Part shown: piece after piece, positions 25,014 through 38,781 of the stretch | Layout: the number at the start of each line of letters is the position of its first letter | Numbering within the stretch: the stretch's first letter is position 1 | NCBI GenBank assembly: GCA_020536535.1 | Contig: JAHLWZ010000466.1 | Location: 1-39,655, forward strand | From: Pelomyxa schiedti | Lineage: Eukaryota > Protista > Evosea | DNA length: 39,655 nt | Direction: 5' to 3' | Program-made: the position numbers and the translations under genes | The notes under the pieces: generated by a model | The model's database searches: none | Seen by the model: the letters and a program-made list of their open reading frames with translations, nothing else | Told to the model about the DNA's origin: nothing

Positions 25014-26133
25014 ATGGAGAAATGGATGAGCCGCATGACCCTTGGCGTAGACGATGACGACGAAGAAGACCTGGGAGGAGGAGGAGGAGCCGACAAGGAG
25101 GACCACCACTACCACGACGCAACGGCCGGAGCCGCGACATGCACCACCACCAGCACCAGCACTACGAGCACAACGTCAAGCGAGGGAGAGCAGGGCATCA
25201 GCAGCAGCAGGGGCGGCGGCGATGGGGAGCCCCAACCCCCAGTGGCCGAGGCGGAGGCGGAGGCGGAGGCGGAAGCGGAGGCGGAGGAGGAGGCGGAGGA
25301 GGAGCGAGTGTACAGGGAGGAGGAGGTGGAGGCGGCGATGACGATGGGGGCGGGGCTGGTGTGCAGGCGGAGCAAGGGGAAGGGCTTCGGGGTGTTCGCA
25401 ACCGTGGCCATGCCCCCCGGCCACCTCGTGTCCCGCTGCCCGGTGCTACTGATGAAGGGCCAGCGTATGTCGCCGTCGCCGTTGCAGTTGCTGTTGTGGT
25501 TATTGTTATGATTAGTATTATTATTACTATTTGTTGTTATGTTTATTTTCTACTTCTTATTTCATTTGCTCTGTTGGAGGAGACTCCCACAGGAGTGGGA
25601 TGTTGTGTTGTGGTAGTTACTTAGACGCTAAGCTAATTTGGTGTCGGACAGATGAGAAAATTGTGAATTCTTCTCTGAGGAATTATTTCTGTGTGAGCTC
25701 CGTTCTCGTTGCCACAAGATTTCTTGCGTACTGATACTTTTAATGCATCAAAACATTAGATGAATGGGAGAGACTTGACATTGATGCTGCAATTGCCTGG
25801 GGCCCCGGCTCGGTATTCCTTTCCGAAGAAGGTCCACTGAACTAACTCCCTGTTTTAAGGTTTTCAACCATTCCCACAACGCAAACCTGCAGTACGTGAA
25901 AAGATTCCACCTCAATTGCATTGATTATGTTGCATGCCGTGACATCGCTCCGGGTGAAGAAGTATGAGTTCCCCATACCTTCAAAATCTGATAACATACA
26001 CCTTTTTTTTCTCAAATCATTGCAGCTCACGATCAACTACAACGGAACAACTCCTGATGACAAAACACCTCTAACAGCAAAAGGGTACACGTGGACTGCC
26101 AAAATGACTGATGAAGCAAGTGAGTCCCATTGA
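25014..26133 (+). CDS. Minimal SET-domain lysine methyltransferase with acidic N-terminal extension
   Basis: SKGKGFGVFA (motif I), spliced AIAWGPGSVFNHSHNANL, RDIAPGEE|LTINY; no post-SET cysteines. Confidence 0.88.
25245..25300 (+). repeat. Coding (GAGGCG)n hexanucleotide repeat encoding poly-(Glu-Ala)
   Basis: AEAEAEAEAEAEAEEEAEEE in the SET protein N-terminus. Confidence 0.8.
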
Positions 26134-26204
26134 GGAGACTGTTTGTAATGCCAGACAAAGTGAAGAAAGAGGAAAGAATCATTCTATTCAAAGTACAATT
26201 TTCG

Positions 26205-29200
26205 TTATGGATTGTGTGTTGCAGTAGGACGAGGTTCCGCAATAAGTGAAAGGTCAAAGCACTCCTTTTCAGAGACACCCTTCACATGCTGGTTCAGGAA
26301 GGTGTAAATACTGCACAAGCAAGGCGGATCAGTAAGGCTTATACAATACTTGTTGGGGAGAACCTTTCAACTTTGGCAAAATTGTAAGGCTGTTGTTGGT
26401 ATCTCTGCAGTTCCTGTATTACGCCAGCCACCATGGCAAATTTGCAATAGTTAACAAGGCCTGCTTCTGTTGTATCTGGATTTCCCTCCTCTGCAGTATA
26501 GTATTAGAACCTGCCATTGGGTAAAAAAAAAAAGGAATACACACCAATGAATGTGAGGTCACTGAGATATACCCCAAGGTAAGGGATGCATGGTGGATTG
26601 GCTCTTCTTACGGCATCTCGGTATGCCGCGAAGTTGCCCGTGGGTGCTGTAAGTGTAGAAACTTTGTCCATCACTTTGTTGTTGTCTTTGAACTTGAAAT
26701 GGAAGTTGTAAGTGATATACTTCAATGCAGAAAATAATCGGATTGCACTACTAACCTCAGCCCACATTATTTTGAGCCGGCCGACGGAGGAAGAGCTAAG
26801 TCCGGATGAAATTTCAAATACAGCATTCAGATTGTTCAATTTGATAAGCTCCTGTAGTGAGGTTTAGATGGGAAATAAAATGGAGCAGAATGGGCTGGAA
26901 CTCACTTCCAGTACTTTAGTGAATCGCTTTAAAATGCCAAGCCTTCTTTTTAGAAGTGGTTCTTTGCAAATAGTATAAGAAACCCAGTTGCTTATCTGGA
27001 TCCTTGCTAAATACACTAAAGTTTGAAAGGATATCTGCACACTGTGTTGAATTTATGGATCATGGCAAGTAGATTGGGGCTCTTGAGCTCCTTATCTTTC
27101 TTAGACCAGGAAAGAGAAAACATCTCTTTTGCTTGTATGGTCTATTTGTGTATGAGAATCAAAAAACTCCTAACGGAAAACTTACCCGGAATATATCGAA
27201 TTCCATCAGTGAGAGCTGCCTGGCAATCTCAATTGGATCCATATCCTCAAATCCTGGCCTAGCAGTAGGAGGCAATATAGAAGCGGGCGGTGGTTGACTG
27301 AAAACATAAGGCCTGGGTAAGTGGGAGTTCTACAGAAACGTGTACAGTTAGATCGAATCCAAGGAGTCTCCTACGTACAAAAGGGGCAATAACTTTCTTC
27401 TCGAAATTAGTTCGTAATGTTGCTACAATGGTGTCATTCTTCTGGTTCTTGTCAAGAAACTCTTTGGTTGCTTCAATCACCGAATCTTCTTCAAAGTCAT
27501 GCCAGTAGTGGTCCACCCACCGTTTCACAATGTTTACGATTCTACCGGTGTGAAATTAACGTTCAAGGAGTATTTGGATTGTAATGACCTCAGCCGGGTC
27601 TTCTTCTTGTTTAAAACTTTGTCTGCCACGGACTGGAAAAGAAGTGTTAGTTGCACCCAAATAAATTTAATGGAACAAACCCCATCCGCTATTTCAGCAG
27701 CACTACTCAAGTTGTCTTCATATCTGAGGGAATTTAGTACTAATGACATAAGTGGTAACACCCACGCTTTAAACAAAATACGCAGGACTGTTAATGTCTC
27801 AGTGAAACTTCTGAATATAAGCATAAAAATAACAGAATATGTGCCTGAAAGTAACTCAGTAATGGAACGATTGCCTTGGAGAAAGCAAACAAATCACCAT
27901 CAGCATTGGGGGAAAATAAAAGCTCAACCAGTTTCTGGACGGTTCCTGGACAGTGGTTGGAAACGATTCATCGTCAAAAGGGAGACTCTTGAAACCTGCT
28001 TTGAGTTCTCTGGTTTCCACGCCATTTTTGGTCTCCAATGCGTAAACAAGTCCTTCCTCTTGTTGCACTCCAGACTGTAAAAAAAAATCAGTCAAAGCTA
28101 TTGGTTTCAGTTTTGAAAATCACAGTGGGTGTAGTTTCTGCAGCCTCTGCTTCGGCTGTGGATGTTGGAGTGGGTGCCGGTGGAGTAAGCATTTCTTTTA
28201 GGTGGTCTTTCTAAATCTTGTAAGTTTTAAGTGCGGTTCAACAACAATATTTTACTTGCTCTGGTGTTAGAAGAGACATTGCTGTAGAGTGCTCTTCAGA
28301 TAAGATAAGAATATTTTTCTGAGGATGGATTTGTTACATGTAAAGAGTGGTGGGAAATACGAACCAATGTAATCACATTGGAAAGTAATGATAGTAACTC
28401 AAACCGTCGAATTGTATTTTCTAACTTAGCGCTTGCCATATAAACTTCAGGATGAATTGCTTTGCTGTGCATCTGGACTGCATTATATATTTGAGTGATA
28501 ATGCCACTCTGTTCAGGAAATCGTTTCAGTCCACTTTTTGTTTTGTTAAAACGATTAACAAAGAGAGCTTTTCCTCAAGTACATACATTTCTTTAAGAAT
28601 GGAAAGATTAGCATGCAATGAGAGAATATCAGTGGACAGCATCTTGTTTTCATCAACAACGCTCTCTAAATTTGTTAAAACCGGAAAGAATTCTGCTTCT
28701 ATTACCAATGCTACTTGTTTTTAGTTGCCATCTAGAAGATATCTCTTCAAGAAGACTGCCTCCCACTTGCTTGATATTCACCCTGAATTAAAGTTACGAA
28801 TCTGAACAATTGCAAAATTGAGATACGTTGCTGAAGTTGAGGATCGCAGTGGGGTTGAGCTAGCTGGAAGCGGATTTATTGCTAATTGAGAAACACCTGA
28901 GGAAAGTGACACAGTATGCCTATAAGAGGCAGGTGGTTGTGGTCTACCAGGGTTTGAAGGTGACATGTTTGATGAGGACAGACTTTTTGGTGGCTGTGGT
29001 CTGTTTGCAGGAGTGACTGGACTGGAAGAAATGTGCGAAGCAGTGGAGCTTGGTGGGTGAGGTGAAAGAGGTGGAGAAACAGATAGCGGGCCAGGGCCCG
29101 GCGGCAAAGGGGCTGGAGCAGTTGGCTTGGAAGGACACCATATTGGACTTTCTGCCAATATTTGTTAGGTCAGAAGTACATGTTGTGTCTTACGAACCTT

Positions 29201-31020
29201 TTAAAATTCCCTTCTGCACAACTTCTTCGGGAGTGATTCTGGTTTCCAGAAATTCAGAAATCACTTCACAGACTTCGTCTTTATTCTGTAGTGGAAGAAC
29301 GTTCTCCTTAGGCATATCTGGGGGTTTTGGGACCGTTGCGGAAGGAGATCTTGGTGGTGGTAACGTTGGGGGAAAACCTACACTTGCTTGAGAAATTCAG
29401 TGTGTTTCACTGGGGAATTTTACCCTTTCCAATTGGTGGCAATGATAGACGATTAGCTGTCTTGTTTGGCTAGGGAATATGAGATCGAAAAGGGAAAGGA
29501 AATTTGGTTACCATGTCTGCTGGTTTTGCAATAACTGCTGGGCCTTTGACGTTGGACGTTGAGTTACGCAAAGGTTGATTAGATAAGAGAAGTGATGAGA
29601 CATTAGAAGATGGTGTCACAGTTGGTGAAGGAGGAGAGTTTTTCCCTATAACAGCAAGTGACGCTGCTCTTCTTAAGGGTGGTTGCGTCTTGTGTTTGTC
29701 TACTGAAAGGGTTACACAAGATAAAAAAAAAGGTGGGGCGTGGGTGGGGGGCTGCCTGCTATTTGGAAACTGTTTCGCAGAGCTGCAACCACTGGAGGAG
29801 GAGATGTTTCAGTATGTCTTGGCAGCGCACCAGGTGATTGCTGACTGGGAGGACCTATCTTTGGTGACGGGTTGCTTGTTTGAGATAGAGGAGGAGGGCC
29901 AATATGCTGGGGAGGTGGAGGGCCAATTGGTTGCGGAGGTGGGGGACCAATTGGCTGGGACGGCGGGGGGCCAACTGGTTGTGGAGGTGGTGGACCAACA
30001 GGCTGCGGAGGCGGAGGGCCTACTGGCTGGGGAGGTGGCGGCCCAATTGGTTGCACAGGGGTGTCAACTGGAGGTGGCGGTCCAATTGGTTGCAGTGGGG
30101 GTGGAGGAGCTGTAATTGGTTGGGGAGCGATTGGCTGAGGAGGGGGAAAATTAATCATATCTGGAGGTGGTGGTAGGTCAGGTGTAGCAGGAGGTGAAGG
30201 AACATCGGGTTGAAGTGGAGTGGGGGGTGGGGTAGAGGGGGGAAGTGGAGCTGGTGCCAAAACTGGAGGTGGTGCCGGCGTGAACAGGACAGGAGGTGGT
30301 CCAAATGACTCTAGAGAAAGCGGAGCAACTTGTGGTGGGAGAGATGGGGGCCGAGGAGAGGTTGAGGGCAAAGGAGGGTGTGGACTATTTGTGTTCTGAA
30401 AGTTGTCACTAACAGGAGGCTGAGGGATTGGTGGTGCTGGGGATGCCTGTGGAGGAGTTCCGGTTTGAATCCCTTTAATGGCTGCCAGTGCAGCAAGACA
30501 CCGGTAGACCTAGAGTTGTTAAAATGGAATGACAAAAAGTATTATGCTGAGTGCCTGTGGAATGTTGTATTCGTTGTACAGATCAGTTACACTAAATATA
30601 TCATCTTTTGACACCCCGAGAGTTTTACATGCAGTGAGGAAATTCTCAATATTGATCTGAGAAGATATTGGGATTTTATTTATTCGGTCCTGTAGCACTT
30701 TACCTTGTGGTGCAAAACACTTGGCTTGGGTGCAGGTGCTATGTTTGGTGATATAGTATTTACAGCACTATTTAAGAATCAATATACATAACCAAACCAA
30801 GGTTGTTACAGACTTGATTAAAATTACACCAGACCGAATGGCCTTTGGCAGAGTTGCAGGATCCAGAGTTGATAACGCGGTATCAGAAGGCAGGCATGTC
30901 TGAAGGAACTTCAGTGTCCCTAAGTCCCTTCATTATCATATTGCAAATGAAATAACAACAAACAAACACGCAGGGAATTGTTGTAAAAATTGTTGACGTT
31001 CACACACCCCCAGCGTCCAT
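26205..31020 (-). CDS. Ras guanine nucleotide exchange factor with N-terminal calponin-homology domain and long proline-rich region
   Basis: CDC25 core NNLNAVFEISSGL, NFAAYR...PPCIPYLGVYLSDLTFI|EEGNPD; REM-like VKRWVDHYWHDF; CH-like AIRSGVIL...INIENFLTACKTLGVSKDDIFSVTDLY; start approximate. Confidence 0.87.
29890..30125 (-). repeat. Coding tandem repeat, 24-nt unit encoding P(I/V)GPPPPQ, about 7-8 copies
   Basis: Translation QPIGPPPPQPVGPPPPQPVGPPPPQPVGPPPSQPIGPPPPQPIGPPPPQHIGPPP with synonymous variation between units. Confidence 0.9.
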
Positions 31021-31214
31021 CGTCCAACTGTTCGAAAAACAGAGAGTTTTTTTTACCGCGAACTGATTTCTCCAAGCAACAACCACGAAGGAGAAAAGCC
31101 GGTAATCAAAAACCACAAAACGAAAATGGCAGTCTGCTATTCTCAGTATTGTGGGGGACAGGAGAGACGGTGTCCCATGATCACGGCAAACGGGGACCCT
31201 CCTTGCACTTGAAT

Positions 31215-32912
31215 TTATCTTGTACCCTTGTTTCCGGCTCGGCGTAACTCTGTGGATGAAATCTGTTGTTTTGTATCCTGGTTAGACAGATAAAAAAAAA
31301 AGAAGGAATATACATCAAGCCGGAACGGCAGTTCTGAGAGCAAGCCATGGAATTGTTGCATTGGCAGTGTTGGTAGCAATGTGGTCAGTGTTTGGTAGCC
31401 ATTGTCCATCTTCCGGCCGGCAACAAGGAATTTGCAGCCCAGAGACTGTATCTCGCCCAGAACCCGCGTTGCTTCTTCCTCGGAATTGTTGTAGTACTTG
31501 GTGTTCAACAACCTGCAGAATAGAGGTTTGTATGTGTTTCGTTCGGTGTGTTTGTTGTGCAAACCTCACAACTGTGTCAGTTCCGACTAGGAAGGTACTT
31601 CCAGGGTATAAGCGGGCTTTATCAATAAAAAGTGCAGTCCTTGACAGCAGAAGCGGCCATCGCCCTGTGCGAGAATGTTAACATTTATTGAATGATAAAA
31701 ACAAACCTGCAAACTGAGCTGCTCTGACCAAAGTTTCGGCCGCCGAAAGACCGGGTTTATCTGCATTGGTAACACCAAGTTCGGCATAGACAGTAGGTGA
31801 CCCAAGTTGGCTTTCGGCTTCACTACTCGTTGGTTAATACTCGCCAAAGAAAGTTGTGGCAAGGGAAAAAAACCGCATGAGAGCTCGGTGGCCAATATGA
31901 AACGGGTTGAAAGACCCCGTGAAAATGATTCTATTCCCTGGTGGCAACCTGAAACTTCATTGAGTGTATCGAAATGAAGAGGAAAAGCAAACGTTGACAC
32001 CACTTGGCCATTGGGAGGTAATAGTAAAAGGTTTGTATTTCCAGACAACAGAGATTCCACATGTTGCAAGAGAGAACATACAGTGGGTGTCACGGCGGGC
32101 CTGTCAACGATCTATGGTGCAAAAAGCGTGAGTTTTCCCTTAAAGGAAAGGTAAAATAAATGCTCCTTGCCAGAGACTTAAGGACAACCGTGGCTTGTAA
32201 CAGAGGCAATGCCATCGATGTCACAATGGAGGATAAGTGCCTTACATCACTGACTTCGGCTGACACGTGACTGTCACCTTAGCATAGGTTAAAACAAAAA
32301 TAGAATCGAGGTTGTCCACAAGAATAGTGTATCCCAAAATGATTCCGATAAAAAGGGTAAGTGCAATCCACAAATTGAGTACCAAACACACCCAAATCAC
32401 TACATGTATTTCAGTTTTCTTAACTTCCTCAATAGGAAATATAACAATCCCCACCCCTATTGCCTTGCCGCTTATCCCGTAGGGATTGGGATCCAGCTGT
32501 AGAGCCTTGGTGAAGGCTCTGCCTGTTTAATATATTATAACGGATTCGTGAGGAACCCTATACATGGAGCTCCCAGCCGACCATACCAGCAAACATGTGG
32601 CACAGGTCACGCGGACTTCTTTCCACACGCGAATTTTTAAGGCCCAACAGCCTGGACGCAGCACTATCACACGTGACTGCGACCGATTGTAACACACACC
32701 CACCAACTCCAATCTATCTTCTATGTCAGTACTGTGTGACTTGATTCATGCTTATATATATGCGCTTTTTAAGATAAACATACGTCTTTGAACAATGGGG
32801 TTAACCAACAGTTGCCGTGTGTCACCACGGAAACGCCCCTTCCCATAATCGCAGCGGCAGTATCCGCCGCAACTACATCCTGCAACAGGCTCCTCGTGTC
32901 CCCTGTGGTCAT
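31215..32912 (-). CDS. HIGH-motif nucleotidyltransferase (cytidylyltransferase/NMNAT-like) with an additional N-terminal domain
   Basis: IIFTGSFNPFHIGH near 31885-31930, SITNADKP, FIDKARLYPGSTFLVGTDTVVR|LL, FLVAGR, C-terminal ISSTELR. Confidence 0.85.
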
Positions 32913-33097
32913 TCCCTCGTCTCTTTGTCGTTTGGTTTGGTGAGTCTAATCTATTGAGGGGACGAAGAGCAGTTTGCTTCCTTAGGAAATGGGGCTGAAA
33001 AGCACCAATGAAGCACTGTGTTAGGTTGGATCACTAAATCTTTGCTCCTCAGTTTCGCTGCAACGAGCAGGAAAAAACAAAATAATCACGAGGTGAC

Positions 33098-34419
<1,322 letters not shown>

Positions 34420-34604
34420 GTTACAAACACACCTCCAATTTCGTCCCTTTCTATTCCATGACTTACCATAGTTGTTGGCAACAAGTTAACAGCCAACCAA
34501 CACAACCCCACCAACTTGTTCCTGCCATGCTCATGGACTTTTCGTCTAACTGCACAGCACGAAAACAAACAACAAAAAACCAAAAAGCAAAGTCGAAAGT
34601 TGAA

Positions 34605-36071
34605 ATGGCAGCACACACTGTTTCGGTTTCCCCGGCGCGCATAACATACCTCAGTACGCGTACTTTCAACCTCCTCCCCCATAATGGCATTCCCTAACGT
34701 CGTGCGTTACACACATACGCCAACAAAACAAACAGCACGCACGGATGAGCCGAGCATCGAGGTGACCAACCACGGCACGACTGCCGTGGCTGTAAAAGTT
34801 AAGACAGCGGCCCCCGGCAGGTACACGGCGTCGCCCCCTCGCGCTGTGCTATTGGCCGGTCAGACTGTGAAGTTCACAGGTACCCCCCGCCGGCGACAAC
34901 TGTTTATTATCCGAATTAATGTGTACATTAATTAAGATTAAGATTAAGATTAATCGCCCACTGTTTTTGTGTTGTTCTTCTTGTTCCTCCTATTTACTTT
35001 AGAGACTGAACATACCTTCTTTGTTTACTAAGTCGATTTTCAGTTGGCCTCAGCGCATCAGAAGAAGAGTTCAAAAAGCTGTCTGGAGACAGTATATTTT
35101 TCGTATGGACACCAATGAATGACCCAAGTGAGGATGTACAAAAGCTAGTATGTTTTAGCCAAAAGGCATTCCTTTTAACTAAGCCTCCACACAGTGGGCA
35201 GCTACAAAGAATCCTCCAATGGAAGGTGTGCAAGTACTTTTCCGTAAGGTATCTTCCCGGTTTTTAGACAAACAAACAAAAGGTTAATATTAAATTAGTC
35301 CATGCTTGTATCTGTAGTGGATAATCCCCCACCAGTGTGTTTACATTCCATTTTTTCTGTTCAACTTCACTAACAACCTTTTAGACTATGATGACNNNNN
35401 NNNNNNNNNNNNNNNNNNNNNNNNNNNNNNNNNNNNNNNNNNNNNNNNNNNNNNNNNNNNNNNNNNNNNNNNNNNNNNNNNNNNNNNNNNNNNNNAACAA
35501 AAGGTTAATATTAAATTAGTCCATGCTTGTATCTGTAGTGGATAATCCCCCACCAGTGTGTTTACATTCCATTTTTTCTGTTCAACTTCACTAACAACCT
35601 TTTAGACTATGATGACAATGTCAGCAGTGAACAATATGTCTTCCTCTTCCAGCGCCGCTGGAGAGGATCCATTTGCTGTGGTAAAACAGATTTATACACC
35701 CACAGTGTCACTTACCTTCAACAAAGTTATCTGCCCAACTTGTATCCCTGACTGAAGAAAACGAGAGACTGAAAGCGGCTTTAAATGAAGCTTCTTCCAA
35801 AGCTCTGTCTGAACCAAAGCTCAGCACTGAGCAGCACTCCCTTGTTGCGGAAGAAAATTCCCAACTGAAGGCAACACTCACAGAGCAAGCAGCAGAATTC
35901 AACAAAATGAAGGAAACACTTACACAGAGGGACCAGGAACTTCTGGCTGAGAAGGCACAACACACAATTGAAACCCTCAAGAACACCAAAGTAATTAAAG
36001 TTCTCTGTGCAGTCCTTGGAATTGCACTCGTGCTCCTATTCCTCATTGCATTTATTCCATCAAACCACTGA
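34605..36071 (+). CDS. MSP-domain, coiled-coil, C-terminal TM protein (VAP/Scs2-like); spans an assembly gap
   Basis: IEVTNHGTTAVAVKVKTAAPGRYTASPPRAVL (MSP motif), coiled coil near 35740-35980, tail anchor VLCAVLGIALVLLFLIAFI. Confidence 0.75.
34931..34954 (+). repeat. Intronic (ATTAAG)n microsatellite, about 4 units
   Basis: attaagattaagattaagattaat. Confidence 0.7.
35275..35616. other. 100-N scaffold gap flanked by an exact 121-nt direct duplication (assembly artefact)
   Basis: 35275-35395 is identical to 35496-35616. Confidence 0.9.
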
Positions 36072-36140
36072 TAAAAAAACACAATGTTGTGTAATACCGT
36101 TTTCTTTCTTTTTTTTTTTTTTGGAAATTTATCTTTTCTT

Positions 36141-36654
36141 TCACAGGGAAGTCTCAACACCCAGACTTCTCATGTAGTCCTGTACTCGTTTTTTCACCCA
36201 ATCCTTGGGATATGGCAAGTATGCAAATACCCGAGGGTCATAACTGTGTACACATTAGGTTTTTGTGTGCCATTCGGAGAAAGGAAATAATTGAAATAAA
36301 GACCGCAACAGAAAGGGAGCAAAGCGAACGAGGAGAGGATGTACGTACACTAAGCAAGATAAGTCGGTGAGGTTATCAATCCACTTGAGAAGGTCAGCAA
36401 CGTCGTAGCGAATTTCCCTGACATTAGGCTGTGATTGTTGCAGCTTATGCTCAAAAAGCCTGCACACAGCTACGAGTGGGGGAAAAAAAAGGTAGGCCAG
36501 TGAGTGATTCATAGATTCCAGTAGGGTAGATACCTTCGGCTGCAGCAGAAATAGAGGGGAAATCATAGTAAACTCGGGAAGATACGGCGGAGTGGAACTG
36601 AACCAGCACAATCGTGTGTCGGTTGTCTTCAGTAGCGCTGGCAGATGTTGCCAT
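36141..36654 (-). CDS. ERH: Enhancer of rudimentary homolog
   Basis: HTIVLVQ..SRVYYDF.SISAAAEG|VCRLFEHKL...IRYDVADLLKWIDNLTDLSCLV|YDP...YLPYPKDWVK; two introns. Confidence 0.95.
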
Positions 36655-36800
36655 TTTTTGGTGTGTTTCTTTGTTTGCTGTGTAGTATTGTTATGTTATT
36701 CCAAAAAATATATTTTCTCCTTTTCCCTTCCATTGCTACAATACAGTTCGCGCACCAAGGTAAGAAGGAAAAAAAATCAACAACAACAATTCAATCGCAA

Positions 36801-37142
36801 TCGCTCAATCAAAAAAACCAAGTCACCTATCCAACGATCTCAGTCCCTCTTCGCGTCTCCCTTCCCTTCTCTACTTTTCTCGGGTGCGGTGCCCTGTCTC
36901 GGTGTCGCCGCTCCTATCACTNNNNNNNNNNNNNNNNNNNNNNNNNNNNNNNNNNNNNNNNNNNNNNNNNNNNNNNNNNNNNNNNNNNNNNNNNNNNNNN
37001 NNNNNNNNNNNNNNNNNNNNNTCGCTCAATCAAAAAAACCAAGTCACCTATCCAACGATCTCAGTCCCTCTTCGCGTCTCCCTTCCCTTCTCTACTTTTC
37101 TCGGGTGCGGTGCCCTGTCTCGGTGTCGCCGCTCCTATCACT
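36801..37142. other. 100-N scaffold gap flanked by an exact 121-nt direct duplication (assembly artefact)
   Basis: 36801-36921 is identical to 37022-37142. Confidence 0.9.
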
Positions 37143-37219
37143 ATTCCAACGCGTTGATGAACTCCGCAGATCTCAGGGCCTCAACAAAAATAATTCTTCC
37201 TGATAGACACAACCCTCAA

Positions 37220-37990
37220 ATGGGAACGAGGGTCTTATCATCAGTACATACAGGAGCCTCTGAGGTCACTGTCAAGGTGACCTTTTCCCAAACCGAAAAT
37301 CTTGGTTGGTTTGGCGGCGGGGGATACAAGGAAAGGCAGTTCCTGTGAATGGCCGGCTATGTCCCGAACTAAGTTTCCCAATGGAACTTGCTCTGACACT
37401 GAGAACCGTGGGTTCTTTTCCTCATCCAGAGACTCAGAAGGAGATTTCGGAAACAATAATCAATCTGGGGTAATGGAATCGGAAAATTTGCTCCGGTGCA
37501 CGCAAAGTCTGACTTTAACCGTCACGCCAATAAGGATCTGAGCACGTTCTCAAAATGGGAGCTTTCCTCTGTTGGTTCGTTTCATTTCTTCAGATTAATT
37601 TACCCTTCAAACGATGAGTGTCTACTTGCATTTCTTGTGCGGCTGGCATCCAAGGGCCGGTATTTTGGACACGCGCACTTCCGCTCACTTGGTGTTTTGA
37701 CTGGGTTGTAAAACAGGAGCGCAGAGCTTGATGACCAAAACCAATGTCTCTGCTGATATCGGTGTGGGTATCGTGAGGATATTGATTGACAACATAGAAA
37801 AACGATGTGTGAATTGTAACGGAATTTACACCCAGGCCACAAATGCAAACGATGCATGCCGCTATCACCCGGTATCATTCACTCCTCTTGCCATGTTTTT
37901 TTTTTTCTGGACTAACATGCACTGAAAGGGGGTATGTCCCAACAATCTCTTTATTCCAATCCATGGTTTCATTTGTCTAACTCTTCTCCT
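37220..37990 (+). CDS. Hypothetical protein with a CxxC...CRYHP zinc-binding (CHORD-like) motif; structure unresolved
   Basis: Exon KRCVNCNGIYTQATNANDACRYHP followed by a GT donor near 37872. Confidence 0.35.
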
Positions 37991-38781
37991 GTTTGGTGGT
38001 GTTGATTTGATTCAGAACGTATGGTTTTTTCTTTTTCCCTTTGTTGGACTAATTTCTGGCACAGTGTGTATGTGTTTGATCGTTGCTTCTTTTATTTGAC
38101 ATATTTCCTCGTTGTCTTGATATTCTAACCTCTCTTGGCCGCCTATTGCAGGAGGTACGTCCCAACAATTGTTGTGTCATTGCACTCACGTGAAATTAGT
38201 CTGTATCCTTTGTGTGTACATGAAGTCCAACCAAACATATTTCTAATTGAACTTTGTGCACCGTCTTATTCCACAGCACAATGTATATGCTCAAACCTTC
38301 TCTTTTTACTTCAGATAACAATTCCTACGTCACAGGATGTGTGTCCTTTCCACTTTCCCTTGCTTTTCTTGTCTCCAACTGATGGTTGGTTCAAATTGGG
38401 TTTCTAATTCCAGGGAGTGCGTTCTACAATCTATCCTCCCTTCCACCACCCCCCACAACCACGCACCAATCATTGCCCAACCAAATAGGACCGTGATGAC
38501 CACTGGTCTTGCTGTGGATTCTCAGTTAGGCCCTGCACAGTGGGGCGCCACGTTTCTGTTCGGCCGAAAACTGAATCAACCTGACGGTATGTATTGCCCA
38601 CAGTTCCTATTTACATCCCTAATTCCGCGCAGACACAATGCGGGCACATGAAACTGCGGAGACAACATCACCAACACCACTCGGCCATCCGGCCCCACTT
38701 TCTCCAAAGCAGGGAAAAAAAATTTGAGATTTCTCCGTAGGCAGCAACACCCAACACCACGACACACCCCCTCACCACCAC

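Noticed and set aside
29890-30125. CRISPR-like repeat array
   Set aside because: Contiguous 24-nt coding units without unique spacers, in frame within the RasGEF
35275-37142. Direct repeats flanking N-runs as LTRs, target-site duplications or a mobile element
   Set aside because: Both are exactly 121 nt around a default 100-N gap, the signature of unmerged contig overlaps
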